Below the pieces are notes generated by a model, which saw nothing but the letters and a program-made list of their open reading frames with translations, had not been told where the DNA came from and searched no databases. Source: Mobula hypostoma (Eukaryota). From it: DNA of 64,000 bases. The stretch is from NCBI RefSeq assembly GCF_963921235.1, contig NC_086118.1:13580001-13644000 (forward strand), written 5' to 3'. Positions 50,613 through 63,794 of the stretch are shown in pieces (the first letter of the stretch is position 1; each line of letters begins with the position of its first letter). The translations under genes and the position numbers were made by a program.

Positions 50613-52449
50613 ACATCTGCGAAATTTTTACCAATATTATGAAAGGTTAAGACTCACAGGTATTGTTGTTTCAAGAGCAAATAAAGAGTGGATGGAGATG
50701 GATGTCTTTCTAAAGTGATTACTCCAAGTCAAAATCAAAATTAAACTGGACAGGAAATGATGTAAAAACAACTTACAAACAGGAAGTGATGTTTGTACAA
50801 AACTAACTACATACAAAACGAACAGCACCTCCAGAGGTAGAACAGCTACAATTAAATTTTACTTATGAAAGAAGAAATATTAGATAAAACATTTCATAGT
50901 ACAGTTCAATATATAAAATTAATGAATAAACAATATTCATAATTCTTCCTCTGGTTATTTTAACATTTCTGTCTCAATGCTTGCAGTAACTGCATTACAT
51001 TGTAATTATTACCTCCATCCAATAGGGTTGCTGTTACCTGAGCTGGATTTCTATCATGCCCTACAGCAAACAGTGGGCAAGATTCAAGAGACGCCCATAC
51101 CAATATCAACACTAAGGTTTGGATCATGCATGGGTGGCAGTGGAGCTGAAGGGATTAAATTATAAAGATAGGTTACTAAAATTTGTTTCGATTCCTTTGT
51201 TATTATTTAGTAGAAATACATAAATTTCTATTTGCAAGGAGAAATAACATCTATTTGGAAAGACTCAAACATTTTTCTTAGTAGGAATGTAATGAGTAAT
51301 CTGATAATTTGGCAGATCTTTGGGAAAAGAGTATTTTGAAGATTTTGTTTGTTGTAGCCAAAGTAGTCACTCTGCTCACACTTCATACCATACATCCAGC
51401 CAAAAGGATTTTGCGTACTGAGTTGTCAATCGTAAAGAAAATGGAGGTTACAATTTCAAAATAAGGCAATTAACGCAACCAGTATGTCTCAGTATTTATC
51501 CTAAAGAACAAATATTCCATTTCATTTTGATCTATCTTCTCTTCTCATTTTTCCTTCGTTCACAGAGGGCCAATACGAACAGGATTAACACATTGACCCT
51601 GTTCCAATATTGTACATACTAATGCTCCTCAGTGTAGAGCACCTCCATCCAGAACATCAGCATCATCTACATTCAACGGGAATATTTCTGTTGTGTAATT
51701 ACTTTCCAGTCATCTGAACGGACAGAGCAGCTTAATGGAACAATTTTTTACTACCTTCTGGAGTACAGAGGACATATTTAATATCCAAAGTGTTCTGGTG
51801 TGATAACTCAAGTTGAACAGATAATTACAACACCCCCATCCCAGCCATAAACTGTGCAGGCTCCCACCATCTGACAGGCCTCAGATTATGAGAAACACAC
51901 TTCAGAACTAAACTGTATGACGTAGGCCTCACTTTGACCTCCAGTCCAGTGGAATTATTCCCTTTGAACTGATTCAGAGGCAGCAGCAACATTCCAAGAG
52001 TTGTCAGTAAAAACAAATTAGTTTGTATTCCAGCCGCTCATCTTTTAAATAAATCTGGCTTTCCTTGTTTTGCTTTAGATTTACGGTGCCTGCAGCTTTT
52101 GTTTCTTACAGTTCCAGCACTTCATTTTCATTCATCTCTTTCAAAATACGTCTCCTCCAGAAGATCATATGATTACCACACCATCTGACCCAGCATCACT
52201 CTTTATACTCAAAATACATTTACTGTCAAAGTATGTATACAGAATATAATTAATTGTTCAACTTCCACTGATCACCACCCTAACAAAGACCTTTATTTTT
52301 CTCACTAACCCTCCCAAATCTCAGCACTTTTAGACTTGATTGACTTCTAAATTTTCTCAGTTCTGATGGAAGGTCCTCACCCTGAAAGATTATCATGTTT
52401 GCTTTCTTCGTGCATGCTCCCTGACCTGCAAAGGATGTCCAGCATTCAG

Positions 52450-52635
52450 AGGCTATGATAGCACAGTGGTTAGCGCGACACTATTACAACTCGGGACATT
52501 GCAGTTCAGAGTTCAATTCTGACGTCATCTGTATGGAGTCTATATGTCCTCCAATGGAATATGTGTGTTTTCTTCGGCTGTTATGGTCTCCTCCCACTCT
52601 CCAAAGATCTACCAGTTAGTAGGTCATTGTAAATG
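52450..52635 (+). mobile_element. tRNA-derived V-SINE (HE1-like), decayed
   Basis: Box A-like cagtggttagcg, box B-like gagttcaattc, V-domain-like ctgtatggagt...ggtctcctcccac. Confidence 0.65.
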
Positions 52636-52872
52636 GTCCTAAAAATCTCACTAAAAATAATGGATATCACCCAGTCCATTATGGGCAAAGTCCTCCCCCT
52701 GCTGAGCACATCTACCTGGAATGCTGTCTCAGGAAAGCAACCTCCATTATTAAGGACCACCACCATCCAGTCCTTGCTCTCTTCTCATTATTACCATTAG
52801 GAAAAAGGAACAGGAGTTCAGTACTCATGCCAGGACATTCAGAACTCCTCTTCAAGCACAAATATATCAGTC

Positions 52873-54732
52873 TTGTGCCAATTCTGCTCACCAGACCTGA
52901 AATATCTCACAATTAAGTGCCGTCCATTTTACCTACCACAGGAGATTTCCGTGATCAATTTGGTAGCAGTATACATTCCACCTCAGGCCAATGTCAATCA
53001 GGCTTTAGATGATCTGAGCAATGGGATCAACATGCATGAAACAGCACAGCCCAATGCCTTCACCATCATGTTGGGGGATTTTAACCAGACCAGTCTGAAA
53101 AAAAAATCACTAAACAATTACCATCAATTGATCACTTGCAATACCAAAGAAAACAACACACTGACATTTGTTACACCACCATCAAGAATGCCTGCCTTGC
53201 CTTTCCACACCCTCACTTCGGGAAATCTGATCACCTGGCTGTACTTCTACTACCTGAGCAGAGACTGAAGACGGCAGCACCAGTAGTGAGGACTGAGAAG
53301 GTATGGACAAGGAGCGCTTACAGGACTGCTATGAATCGGTGGTCTAGACCATATTCGGGGATTCATCTTCGAATCTGAATGAGTATGCTGTAATGTTACC
53401 CACTTCATTAAAACCTGTGTGGATGAGTGTGTGCCTTCAAAGACTTGCTGTACATTCCCAAACCAAAAGAGGTTGATGAACCAGGAGGTACGTTGCCTGC
53501 TGAAGGCTAAGTCTGTGGAATTCAAGTCTGTTGACCCAGGTCTGTACCAGAACACCAGATATGACATGCAGAGGGCTATATGAAGGGTGAAGAAACAACT
53601 TTGAATGAGGTTGGAGGTGACAGCAGATACACAACAACACAGGCAGGGTTTGCAGGCCATTCCTTCCTACAAAGCAAAACCCAATAACATGAATGGCAGC
53701 AATGCTTTGTTACCAGATAAATTCAAAGCCTTCTATGCTCGCTTTGAAAGGGAGAATGTAACTGCAGCGGTGAAGATCTCTGCTGCACCTGTGACCCTTT
53801 TATCTCTGTCTCGGAGGCTGATGCTAGGCTGTGTTTAAAGAGGGTGAACCCTCGCAAGGTGGAAGGCCCCGATGGAGTACCTGGTAAGGCTCCGAAAACT
53901 TGTGTCTACCAACTGGCGGGAGTATTCAAGGCAATTTTCAATGTCTCACTGCTATGGGCGGAAGTTCCACTTGCTTCAAAAAGGCAAGAGTTATACTAGT
54001 GCCTAAGAAAAATAATATGAGCTGCCTTAATGACTATCACCCAGTAGCACTCACATCTACAGTGATGAAATGCTTTGAGAGGTTGGTCATGACTAGACTG
54101 AATTCCTGCCTCAGTAAGGACCTGGTCAACAGCAGACACAATCTCAGTGGCTCTTCACACAGGCTTAGACCACCTGGACAATACAAACACCTATGTCAGA
54201 ATGCTGTTCATCGATTATCGCTCAGCATTTAATACCATTATTCCCACAATCCTGATTGATAAGTTATAGTACCTCCCTACGCAATTGGATCCTTGACTTC
54301 CTAACCAGAAGATTACAATCTGTGCAGATTGGTGATAACATCTAATCCTCGCTGACAATCAACACTGGTGCACCTCAGGAGTGTGTGCTTAGCCCACTGC
54401 TCTACTCTCTCTATACCCTTGACCATGTTACCATCAGGTAGGACGGTCAGAAGCCTGAAGGCACACACTCAGTGATTCAGGAACAGCTTCTTCCCCTCTG
54501 CCATCCAATTCCTAAATGGACATTGAATCCATGAACACTACCTCACTTTTTTATTATATATTATTTCTGTTTTTGCACAATTTTTAATCAATTCAGTATT
54601 TGTATACTGTAATTGATTTACTTATTTCTTATTTTCTTTTTTCTTCTATATTATGCATTGCATTGAACTGCTGTTGCTAAGTTAACGAATTTCACTACAC
54701 ATTCCGTTGATAATAAAACTGATTCTGATTCT
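52873..54732 (+). mobile_element. Rex1/Babar LINE (endonuclease and RT N-half, internal deletion, 3' UTR), nested in another Rex 3' end (52640-52850, 54735-55085)
   Basis: CRPFYLP..AVYIPP; LGDFNQ; FGKSDH; CLNDYHPVALTSTVMKCFERLV; GAPQECVLSPLLYSL; (ATTCTG)n tail. Confidence 0.88.
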
Positions 54733-56594
54733 GGACATTTATTGCCCCTGAACTATCAGGCTCTTGAACCAGTGGGGATAAATTCATTCAACTACACTTG
54801 CCCCACCACTGAACTCTCCCATAACCTATGGACTCACTTTCAAGGACTCTTTATCTCAGGTTCTTGATGCTTATTGTTTATTTATTTTTTATTATTTCAT
54901 TCTTTTGTATTTGCAAAGTTTGTTGCCTTTTGCATATCGGTTGTTTGTCCACCCTGTTGGGTGAAGTTCTTCACTGATTCTGTTGTAGTTCTTGGATTTA
55001 CTGAGTATGCCCGCAAGAAAATGAATATCGGAGTTGTATATGGTGGCATCTATGTACTTCAATAATAAATTTATTGTGATCTCTGAAATTTGTGTTGCTA
55101 GTTAGCACAGCTCGAAGGGCCTATTCTCCATTGTATCTCAATAAATTAGTAAATGTTGTTCTGTAAACAACTTACCTGTAAAATCTTCAAAATCCCCTGC
55201 AGAAAGGATAAACAACCCTCAGCATTCCCTCTTGGTCCAATATTATCGCCATCAATTTTCTGCTAACTTTTAATCAGTTTTGATGGATGGTCACACCATC
55301 TGCATGTCTGATACTGTAATCCCAAACGAAGTGTCTACCTTCAAGTGAGAAACAAAACTCAAAGGGTCAAGCAGTATCTGGAAGGGAAAGGGAATTATAG
55401 CTGTTTTGAGTCAAAATCCTGCATTAGGACTCCATTAGTCTCTACTTTGGGCCAAATTGTAGGAAAGGGTTGATTAACTCACATTCCCTCATTAATGAAT
55501 TCCTTCTCCCCCAGCATTAAAACACAGAATCATACAAAATACATTTACCTGTAGAAAGCAAACATTTAGCCTTTACTACCACTACAGTCAAATAACAGCT
55601 TCCCAGCACAATGCCTCCTTCCAGTATGTAGTTCACAGACCTGCAGATCAGAGATCTTCAAGTACACATCCATTCACCTTCAAATGTATGAGGGCTTCTG
55701 TTTCTACAACTCCACCAGGCAGTGAGGTAATCTAAGTAACAGATGAACAAAAGATATAAAGTTCTCTATTTATTACCTACAGTTTTACCTGAAATTTTAA
55801 AAAACTATTTTTTAAATTTAAACTTACAAAACTCTGGTTTGCACATTTTTAAATTCACTGAACTTCTGCGGCTTGTGTTACTCTTGGACTAAGCACTCCT
55901 TCAGTGATAAGCATTCACTCCCCACATTAGCCCAATGACAGACTCTCATTCTTCCAGTGAAGGACTCCCACCTTATTGATAACAGATTCTTAATCCCTTA
56001 AAGATTGAGGCCACGTCCAGAGTAATGAAATTCCACTCCCTAATGATGGACTCCCAATCTCCCACACACTCAGTAATGGCATTTCACTCCCCCAATGAAG
56101 AACTCCCAGAGTCACAGAACATATGATTTCCTTCAAGTAATAAAAATCTAATTAACCACATTCTCAATGTAATGTTAATATCTATTTTCATAAATTCCAT
56201 CATTCAGACGTCTGAGAAGCCTTGTGCTTCGCGCAGTATTGTCACTTTTATAACCCAGATCTTTTTAGAGAAAAAAAATCACATTAATAATATTATAATA
56301 AGCTCTGTGTTCCTATGAAACTACTTGAAGAAAATTAATACTCCATTCATATAGCTGAATTAACAATTCAAGTAGAAGCACAACAAGATTATTTGTGACA
56401 ATGATATAAAGACACTCAGCACATTATCTTCCACTCAGATGCAGTAAAGTACAGATAATTCATTTAACATGGAAGAATAGATTCACAGAACTGACTGAAG
56501 CATGAATGCTGGAAACACTCAGCAGATCAGGTAGCATCTGTGCAAAGAGAAACAATTACGGTTCAGCTTCAAGACCCTGCATCAGAATAGCAAG

Positions 56595-57005
56595 TCATAG
56601 TCATAGACATAGTCATACTTTATTGATCCCAGGGGAAATTGGTGTTTTCATTACAGTTGCACCATAAATAATAAATGGTAATAGAACCATAAATAGTTAA
56701 ATAGTAATATGTAAATTATGCCAGTAAATTATGAAATAAGTCCAGGACCAGCCTATTGGCTCAGGGTGTCTGACCCTCCAAGGGAGGAGCTGTAAAGTTC
56801 GATGGCCACAGGCCGAAATGACTTCCTCAGTGTTGCATCTCGGTGGAATGAGTCTCTGGCTGAATGTACTCCTGTGCCCAACCAGTACATTATGTAGTGG
56901 ATGGGAGACGTTGACCAAGATGGCATGCAACTTAGACAGCATCCTCTTTTCAGACACCACCGTGAGAGAGTCCAGTTCCATCCCCACAACATCACTGGCC
57001 TTACG
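56595..57005 (-). mobile_element. Rex1-like LINE 3' end with (CATAGT)n tail, inserted in a fold-back Penelope element (56505-56588 / 57010-57070)
   Basis: ORF 56697-57026 RKASDVVGMELDSLTVVSEKRMLSKLHAIL..SHPLH. Confidence 0.8.
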
Positions 57006-58124
57006 AAGGAGAACAGGCCTGAACATTAACTGTTTCTCTTTCGCATCTGCTGAGTGTTTCCAACATTTTTGGCTTTTATTTTGTTTCTTTCTATTTTTAT
57101 TGCCATGCTGTTGTTACTTCCAGCATTTACATTTGTTTTTTCCAGCCACAGTCCTGGTTTGTGTAAACAAACAACTTACAGCACATCGAACAATACAGCA
57201 GAGGAACAAACAGGCCTTTGGACCATGATATCTGTGCTGACTCAGAAGTCAAATTAAGGTCACTAATCTTTTCTGTTTGTCCATGATCAATATCCCACCA
57301 TTTCCTACGTATTCCCATGCTTATCTAAAAGCTTCTTAAATATTCCTTCTCATTTTCATGGCTTTAGGAAGTTTTGTTTTAAGTTTTAGTATGAATTTGC
57401 ACTGAAGATTCAGTCAACTGATTACTGGTTGAGATTAACAATGTTGATCTTATAATCGACTGCATGAGTGAGACTTGAGCCCACAATTTTCTAACCAATA
57501 ATAATAATAACACAGAAATTCCAGCAGATATTTGCTTTACCAAAATGCCAGTAACAGCACACCAATACAAGGAAGAAAATATACCTTTTATGTTAATAAC
57601 TTTACTCCCAGATACATATAATTGTAAAGATTTTAATCTTTCTTCTGCTTTTCAGTTATCAATTTTCCAAAAAAAAAGTCAAATGTACTTGTGGACTCAA
57701 GGGCTGAACCTCATTGAGGTAGCATCTAAAGCCACATTTATTCAAGAATGGTCTTTACTCTAATTTTTGTTCTTGTTCTTTTTCTTTAGGAAGGACTTTA
57801 CTCAATGTAGGGACACACCTGTCTACAACTCTTTTTATAAAGTCCATGATAATCAAATCCTCTAATGAGTCCTTGAGCCCAGCCCAGTCCAGCAACTTGA
57901 AGCAATCCCGTAACTGCTCTTCCGCCTCCTGCAACCAGTTCTTTGTTGTCTTAATCTCTGGAGCCTAGCTCTTTAGCCTCTGCCTGTATGCAGGTAAGAG
58001 GAGGAGAGCCAAATTATCATATTTCCTGAAATGCAGTCTAGGCATAGAACAGAAGGCATTCCTAATCATAGTAAAGCTAAGTGGCTGAGTCTGTTGTGAC
58101 CCCTAGTGCTGCAAGTGATATTTT

Positions 58125-60514
58125 ACATAGAAACATAGAAAATAGGTGCAGGAGTAGGCCATTCGGCCCTTCGAGCCTGCACCGCCATTTATTATGATCA
58201 TGGCTGATCATCCAACTCAGAACCCCGCCCCAGCCTTCCCTCCATACCCCCTGACCCCTGTAGCCACAAGGGCCATATCTAACTCCCTCTTAAACATAGC
58301 AAATGAACTGGCCTCAACAGTTTCCTGTGGCAAAGAATTCCACAGATTCACCACTCTCTGTGTGAAGAAGTTTTTCCTCATCTCGGTCCTAAAAGGCTTC
58401 CCCTCTATCCTCAAACTGTGACCCCTCGTTCTGGACTTCCCCAACATCGGGAACAATCTTCCTGCATCTAGCTTGTCCAATCCCTTTAGGATCTTATACG
58501 TTTCAATCAGATCCCCCCTCAATCTTCTAAATTCCAACGAGTACAAGCCCAGTTCATCCAGTCGTTCTTCATATGAAAGTCCTGCCATCCCAGGAATCAA
58601 TCTGGTGAACCTTCTTTGTACTCCCTCTATGGCAAGGATGTCTTTCCTCAGATTAGGGGACCAAAACTGCACACGATACTCCAGGTGTGGTCTCACCAAG
58701 GCCTTGTACAACTGCAGTAGTACCTCCCTGCTCCTGTACTCGAATCCTCTCGCAATAAATGCCAGCATACCATTCGCCTTTTTCACCGCCTGCTGTACCT
58801 GCATGCCCACTTTCAATGACTGGTGTATAATGATACCCAGGTCTCGTTGCACCTCCCCTTTTCCTAATCGGCCACCATTCAGATAATAATCTGTTTTCCT
58901 ATTTTTGCCACCAAAGTGGATAACTTCACATTTATCCACATTAAATTGCATCTGCCATGAGTTTGCCCACTCACCCAACCTATCCAAGTCACCCTGCATC
59001 CTCTTAGCATCCTCCTCACTGCTAACACTGCCACCCAGCTTCGTGTCATCCGCGAACTTGGAGATGCTGCATTTAATTCCCTCATCCAAGTCATTAATAT
59101 ATATTGTAAACAACTGGGGTCCCAGCACTGAGCCTTGCGGTACCCCACTAGTCACCGCCTGCCATTCTGAAAAGGTCCCGTTTATTCCCACTCTTTGCTT
59201 CCTGTCTGCTAACCAATTCTCCACCCACACCAATACCTTACCCCCAATACCGTGTGCTTTAAGTTTGCACACTAATCTCCTGTGTGGGACCTTGTCAAAA
59301 GCCTTTTGAAAATCCAAATATACCACATCCACTGGTTCTCCCCTATCCACTCTACTAGTTACATCCTCAAAAAATTCTATGAGATTCGTCAGACATAATT
59401 TTCCTTTCACAATTCCGTGCTGACTTTGTCCGATCATTTCACCGCTTTCCAAATGTGCTGTTATCACATCCTTGATAACTGACTCCAGCAGTTTCCCCAC
59501 CACCGACGTTAGGCTAACCGGTCTATAATTCCCCGGTTTCTCTCTCCCTCCTTTTTTAAAAAGTGGGGTTACATTAGCCACCCTCCAATCCTCAGGAACT
59601 AGTCCAGAATCTAACGAGTTTTGAAAAATTATCACTAATGCATCCACTATTTCTTGGGCTACTTCCTTAAGCACTCTAGGATGCAGATCATCTGGCCCTG
59701 GAGATTTATCTGCCTTCAATCCCTTCAATTTACCTAACACCACTTCCCTACTAACATGTATTTCACTCAGTTCCTCCATCTCACTGGACCCTCTGTCCCT
59801 TACTATTTCTGGAAGATTATTTATGTCCTCCTTAGTGAAGACAGAACCAAAGTAATTATTCAATTGGTCTGCCATGTCCTTGCTCCCCATAATCAATTCA
59901 CCTGTTTCTGTCTGCAGGGGACCTACATTTGTCTTTACCAGTCTTTTCCTTTTTACATATCTATAAAAGCTTTTACAGTCCGTTTTTATGTTCCCTGCCA
60001 GTTTTCTCTCATAATCTTTTTTCCCCTTCCTAATTAAGCCCTTTGTCCTCCTCTGCTGAACTCTGAATTTCTCCCAGTCCTCAGGTGAGCCACTTTCTCT
60101 GGCTAATTTGTATGCTACTTCTTTGGAATTGATACTATCCCTAATTTCTCTTGTCAGCCACGGGTGCACTACCTTCCTTGATTTATTCTTTTGCCAAACT
60201 GGGATGAACAATTGTTGTAGTTCATCCATGCAACCTTTAAATGCTTGCGATTGCATATCCACCGTCAATCCTTTAAGTGTCATTTGCCAGTCTATCTTAG
60301 CTAATTCCCGTCTCATACCTTCAAAGTTACCCCTCTTTAAGTTCAGAACCTTTGTTTCTGAATTAACTATGTCACTCTCCATATTAATGAAGAATTCCAC
60401 CATATTATGGTCACTCTTACCCAAGGGGCCTCTCACGACAAGATCGCTAATTAACCCTTCCTCATTGCTCAAAACCCAGTCCAGAATAGCCTGCTCTCTA
60501 GTTGGTTCCTCGAC
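58125..60514 (-). mobile_element. Young 5'-truncated CR1 (HER1-like) LINE
   Basis: ATATTTT TSD (58118-58124 / 60515-60521); ACATAGAA tail; highly similar to 12642-15070. Confidence 0.95.
58217..60514 (-). CDS. CR1 ORF2, uninterrupted from the endonuclease C-terminus through RT (N-terminally truncated)
   Basis: 778-aa ORF in the track, with the first ~13 aa from flanking DNA; SDH, KSPGPD, NYRPVSLTS, DFQKAFDKVPH, PQGSVLGP, FADD. Confidence 0.85.
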   Translation of the reverse strand, partial: VEEPTREQAILDWVLSNEEGLISDLVVRGPLGKSDHNMVEFFINMESDIVNSETKVLNLKRGNFEGMRRELAKIDWQMTLKGLTVDMQSQAFKGCMDELQQLFIPVWQKNKSRKVVHPWLTREIRDSINSKEVAYKLARESGSPEDWEKFRVQQRRTKGLIRKGKKDYERKLAGNIKTDCKSFYRYVKRKRLVKTNVGPLQTETGELIMGSKDMADQLNNYFGSVFTKEDINNLPEIVRDRGSSEMEELSEIHVSREVVLGKLKGLKADKSPGPDDLHPRVLKEVAQEIVDALVIIFQNSLDSGLVPEDWRVANVTPLFKKGGREKPGNYRPVSLTSVVGKLLESVIKDVITAHLESGEMIGQSQHGIVKGKLCLTNLIEFFEDVTSRVDRGEPVDVVYLDFQKAFDKVPHRRLVCKLKAHGIGGKVLVWVENWLADRKQRVGINGTFSEWQAVTSGVPQGSVLGPQLFTIYINDLDEGIKCSISKFADDTKLGGSVSSEEDAKRMQGDLDRLGEWANSWQMQFNVDKCEVIHFGGKNRKTDYYLNGGRLGKGEVQRDLGIIIHQSLKVGMQVQQAVKKANGMLAFIARGFEYRSREVLLQLYKALVRPHLEYRVQFWSPNLRKDILAIEGVQRRFTRLIPGMAGLSYEERLDELGLYSLEFRRLRGDLIETYKILKGLDKLDAGRLFPMLGKSRTRGHSLRIEGKPFRTEMRKNFFTQRVVNLWNSLPQETVEASSFAMFKRELDMALVATGVRGYGGKAGAGF

Positions 60515-61002
60515 ATATTTTGATGCTAACTGGGCAGAAATTTCTTCAAACAAGCCTGACTGAAGTGCCTAACAATGATTTGAAAGGTGTTGAGGGAGGC
60601 TGTTTCTTGTTCACTGATGGCACCGCTCAACACCTCAATTGTCTGCTTAACATCATTCTTTGGCAGTAAGTAAAGTACGGTCAGGATCACAGAGGAGAAC
60701 TCTGGTAGAAGTCTCATAGAGAATAACATATCTGGTATGTCCGGGGTGAACCATGTCTTCATAAAACAGAGAAGGCAGCTATACCTCATTTCGCTCCAAG
60801 ACAACAACCTTGCCCTTAGAACCTCAATCTTTTGCTCTAGCAACTGTACCTTTGCAAACAAGATGATGGGTAGAGGAAGTTTCATAACCTGGTTTGGAGT
60901 CCTCCACATCTCCCCCTCTTTCAACCATAGCGATGTACCTTCTTCCACTTAAAGGTACTGTGCCTATGTACTGGAAAGTTGAGTGTGTCAAGTCCTTCAG
61001 AA

Positions 61003-62842
61003 AAGAGGTTCTCAATATGGGCTACTTGGACTCCTAGGAGGCCATGGCAGATTTCATAGGGGCCACAGCAGTCTCTCAATAGCCATGATAAGTTTCAATG
61101 AAATATTACTAACATACAGTATAGATAAAAAAAAGAAAGAATATATAGAACCCTGAATGAGATGAATGGGAGAATATGGTAGATGATGCAAATGAGGCAG
61201 CAAAACAAATTAGTCTGGGTGTGTGTGTGGGGCAGGGGAGGGAGGAAGGATTCAGCAGTCAGCACATCATGTTACCTCTGCTTCTGCTTGACTGCACACA
61301 GTTCACCATTCACACCATGCAGAGTGGCCCACTGAGCCCCACTCTACATTTACCTCCAGATTAGAAACAGCAGATTGAGTGGGCTGGCGTCAGCAAGGCC
61401 AGTCAGCGAGTATGCAGCAGAAGACTGCTTCTGCTTGCCTTCGACTGACCCATGCACGTTACAATACTTATAAAACATGACATGAAGGCTGCAGTTACTG
61501 CAGTGGGGTCATCTGCCAGAAACAGATAAACCATAGAGAGGCAAGAACATGTGAAGTTTACCATTGCACCCCTATCTACCACTACAACTTCCATGAAATC
61601 CCTGATTCTTATCATATTTTGATAGGAAGTTCAATTAGCTTTTCTTGATAGTATTGTAGCATTTCTAAATTATAAGCAGCTTTTGGAGAACAAATTGTTG
61701 CTGCTAAGTTTGACATATTTTGCCTCTCAGATATATTTGAAAAATTGAATTTATTCAGAAAACAGCAACAAAGAAAAAACCTGCAATCTCATATCATGCG
61801 AAGAGGCTATTACCACTTTCCTTGGAAAACTCAAACTTTTCAGCAGCAATATTGGACTCCTCAAATTCATGTAATTTCCTTCAGTGGCTACTTTTAAAAT
61901 AGAATTGCAAGATGAGAATTTGATTGTATATCCTGATTATTTGAAACAACTACACATCAATATGGAATTTCAGTCCAAAGTCATGCAGGAGATGCATATT
62001 CCAGATCGGGTGGTGGATCCATTCTGGGGAGGGCATGATTGATGTTGACACCACATTGCAAGAACATCTTATTGAGCTGACATAACAGCTCAGGTAAAAT
62101 TTAAGTGTGGCAATCAATATTTCTGAATAACTAGTGCTGTTCAAAATGAGATTCCACAAATCTGGGAGAAAGCAAAGTTGTTTTTAATTGGACGTTCCAC
62201 TTCTTATCTAGCTGAATGTGGTTTCAGTCAAGCTCTTTATCTACTATCAAAAGCTCATAACCATTTTAATGTGAAAAGGGGTGATCTTTAAACAAGTTGC
62301 ATCCAGATATTCAATAACTCATTAGTTTGCATCAGTTGCAAGGGTCTCACTAAATACTCAAAGTAACAATATTAAGTGCTTTTTCATTGCTGGTTGGAAG
62401 AATATTATACACAGCATATTATAAATAAAGTATCCTATTCAGAGCTTTAAAATTCTTCTATTTTTCATATACACCTGTAAAATTTTCTGTAATATTTCAT
62501 AATACCTATAACCTCAATATAATCAATATAATATTAATTATATTTTGATTCAATTATGAGAACACTCAGTCCTCTTTTATTGTCATTTAGAAATGCATAC
62601 ATGCATTAAGAAATGATTACAATGTTTCTCCGGAGTGATATCACAGAAAACAGGACAAACCAAAGACTAACAGTTATATTAGAATATAACTATATGTTAG
62701 TTAAAGACTATATATTAGTATAATTAGTACAGTTGACCAAAAAAACACTTTAGTAGCTAATGGAGACTATGGAGGGTGAGGGCCACAGAAGTAAATGAAG
62801 GTTACAAGTGAACCATGAGCAGAAAAAGGTTGAGAACCACTG
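61003..62842 (+). mobile_element. hAT/Charlie-type DNA transposon, internally deleted, with a transposase C-terminal remnant
   Basis: Perfect 8-bp TSD CTTCAGAA (60995-61002 / 62843-62850); TIR aagaggttctcaa / ttgagaaccactg; LSDIFEKLN, LQEHLIEL, STSYLAECGFSQ. Confidence 0.85.
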
Positions 62843-62959
62843 CTTCAGAAGATTGCAAATCATTAGTTTGTTAAGATGCTCCAAATTTAAGTGACTTAAA
62901 GGGAAGTTACAGACTGTGTATTGCAGTGAGAGTAGGTCAGAAGTATATTTAGAAGTTTT

Positions 62960-63260
62960 GTAAGCTGCCTGCAACACATCACCTTGATTCACCATTCCCA
63001 TCTTACTTGATCGCTGGACCTGATCACACTCTGCGGATTGTAGATCTCTTGGTTCATCCAGTGCTTCTGGTTGGGGAAGACTCTGAATGTGGTGATACAC
63101 TTATTCATGACTGACTTTATAAAGTCCGTGACAACAATGGTGTATTTGTTCATATCCTCTGACATGCCCTTGAATATGGCATAATCCATTAACGCAAGCA
63201 GTCCTGTGGCTATTTCTCTGCCACCCATGACCAGTTCTTCACTGCCCTTACTTTTGGAGC
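62960..63260 (-). mobile_element. Rex1-like LINE fragment
   Basis: YTIVVTDFIKSVMNKCITTFRVFPNQKHWMNQEI. Confidence 0.7.
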
Positions 63261-63794
63261 TTTGTTCCAAAGGGAGAAGCTTATTCTTGATGCATTTATA
63301 AATGGAGTCCAAGCCAACAGAGTCTAATTTCATGTATGAAAATGAAAATGAGCCTTGTGGTGAGGGTCTATAAATCAGACCACGGTGGATACTGGGAGGA
63401 GGGAATGCCCTGCCCAACATTCAGATGCCAACATTAAGCATTTATAATCATACTCAGCTGGAGATCGGGATCAAATTATCCCTGTTGGCTTCCTCCTGGA
63501 TCCTAACTATCAAAGGAAGCCAATTTTTTTTTGAATTTAATTGGTTTGTGTGATTTCGGGAAATGGCTGAGAGCACCAAATGTAACATATGCTGTGCAAC
63601 TCAACCACATTTCAGTTGTGACCCTGAAGAAGTAACTCCAGAGTAAGCTTTACCTGCAGCAAACAGTTTATTGTAGGGGTACAGTATACATACACAGGGT
63701 ATAAATAGCATGAAAATTAGTTTTTTTTTATCATAGTCGCACAGTATATTACAAAGTGACATAATTAACAAACTGGTTCAATACATTTACTGTT

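Larger units (their letters stand above)
57790..60960 (-). mobile_element. Old Rex1-like LINE fragment split by the CR1 insertion
   Basis: LLLPAYRQRLKS..EEQLRDCF at 57900-58005; ORF 60526-60948 KLPLPIILFAKVQLLEQKI..CFMKTW. Confidence 0.7.

Noticed and set aside
51038..51060. 23-nt minus-strand exon candidate (GHDRNPAQ)
   Set aside because: Weak donor (gtaaca), frame-shifting length, no other support
52450..52525. tRNA gene
   Set aside because: No cloverleaf; continues into a V-SINE body
55885..56110. Degenerate CACTCCC/GACTCCC repeats
   Set aside because: Irregular decayed low-complexity repeat with no consistent unit or structure
60515..60553. N-terminus MFEEISAQLASKY of the 778-aa ORF
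   Set aside because: Comes from flanking Rex DNA beyond the TSD; chance open frame
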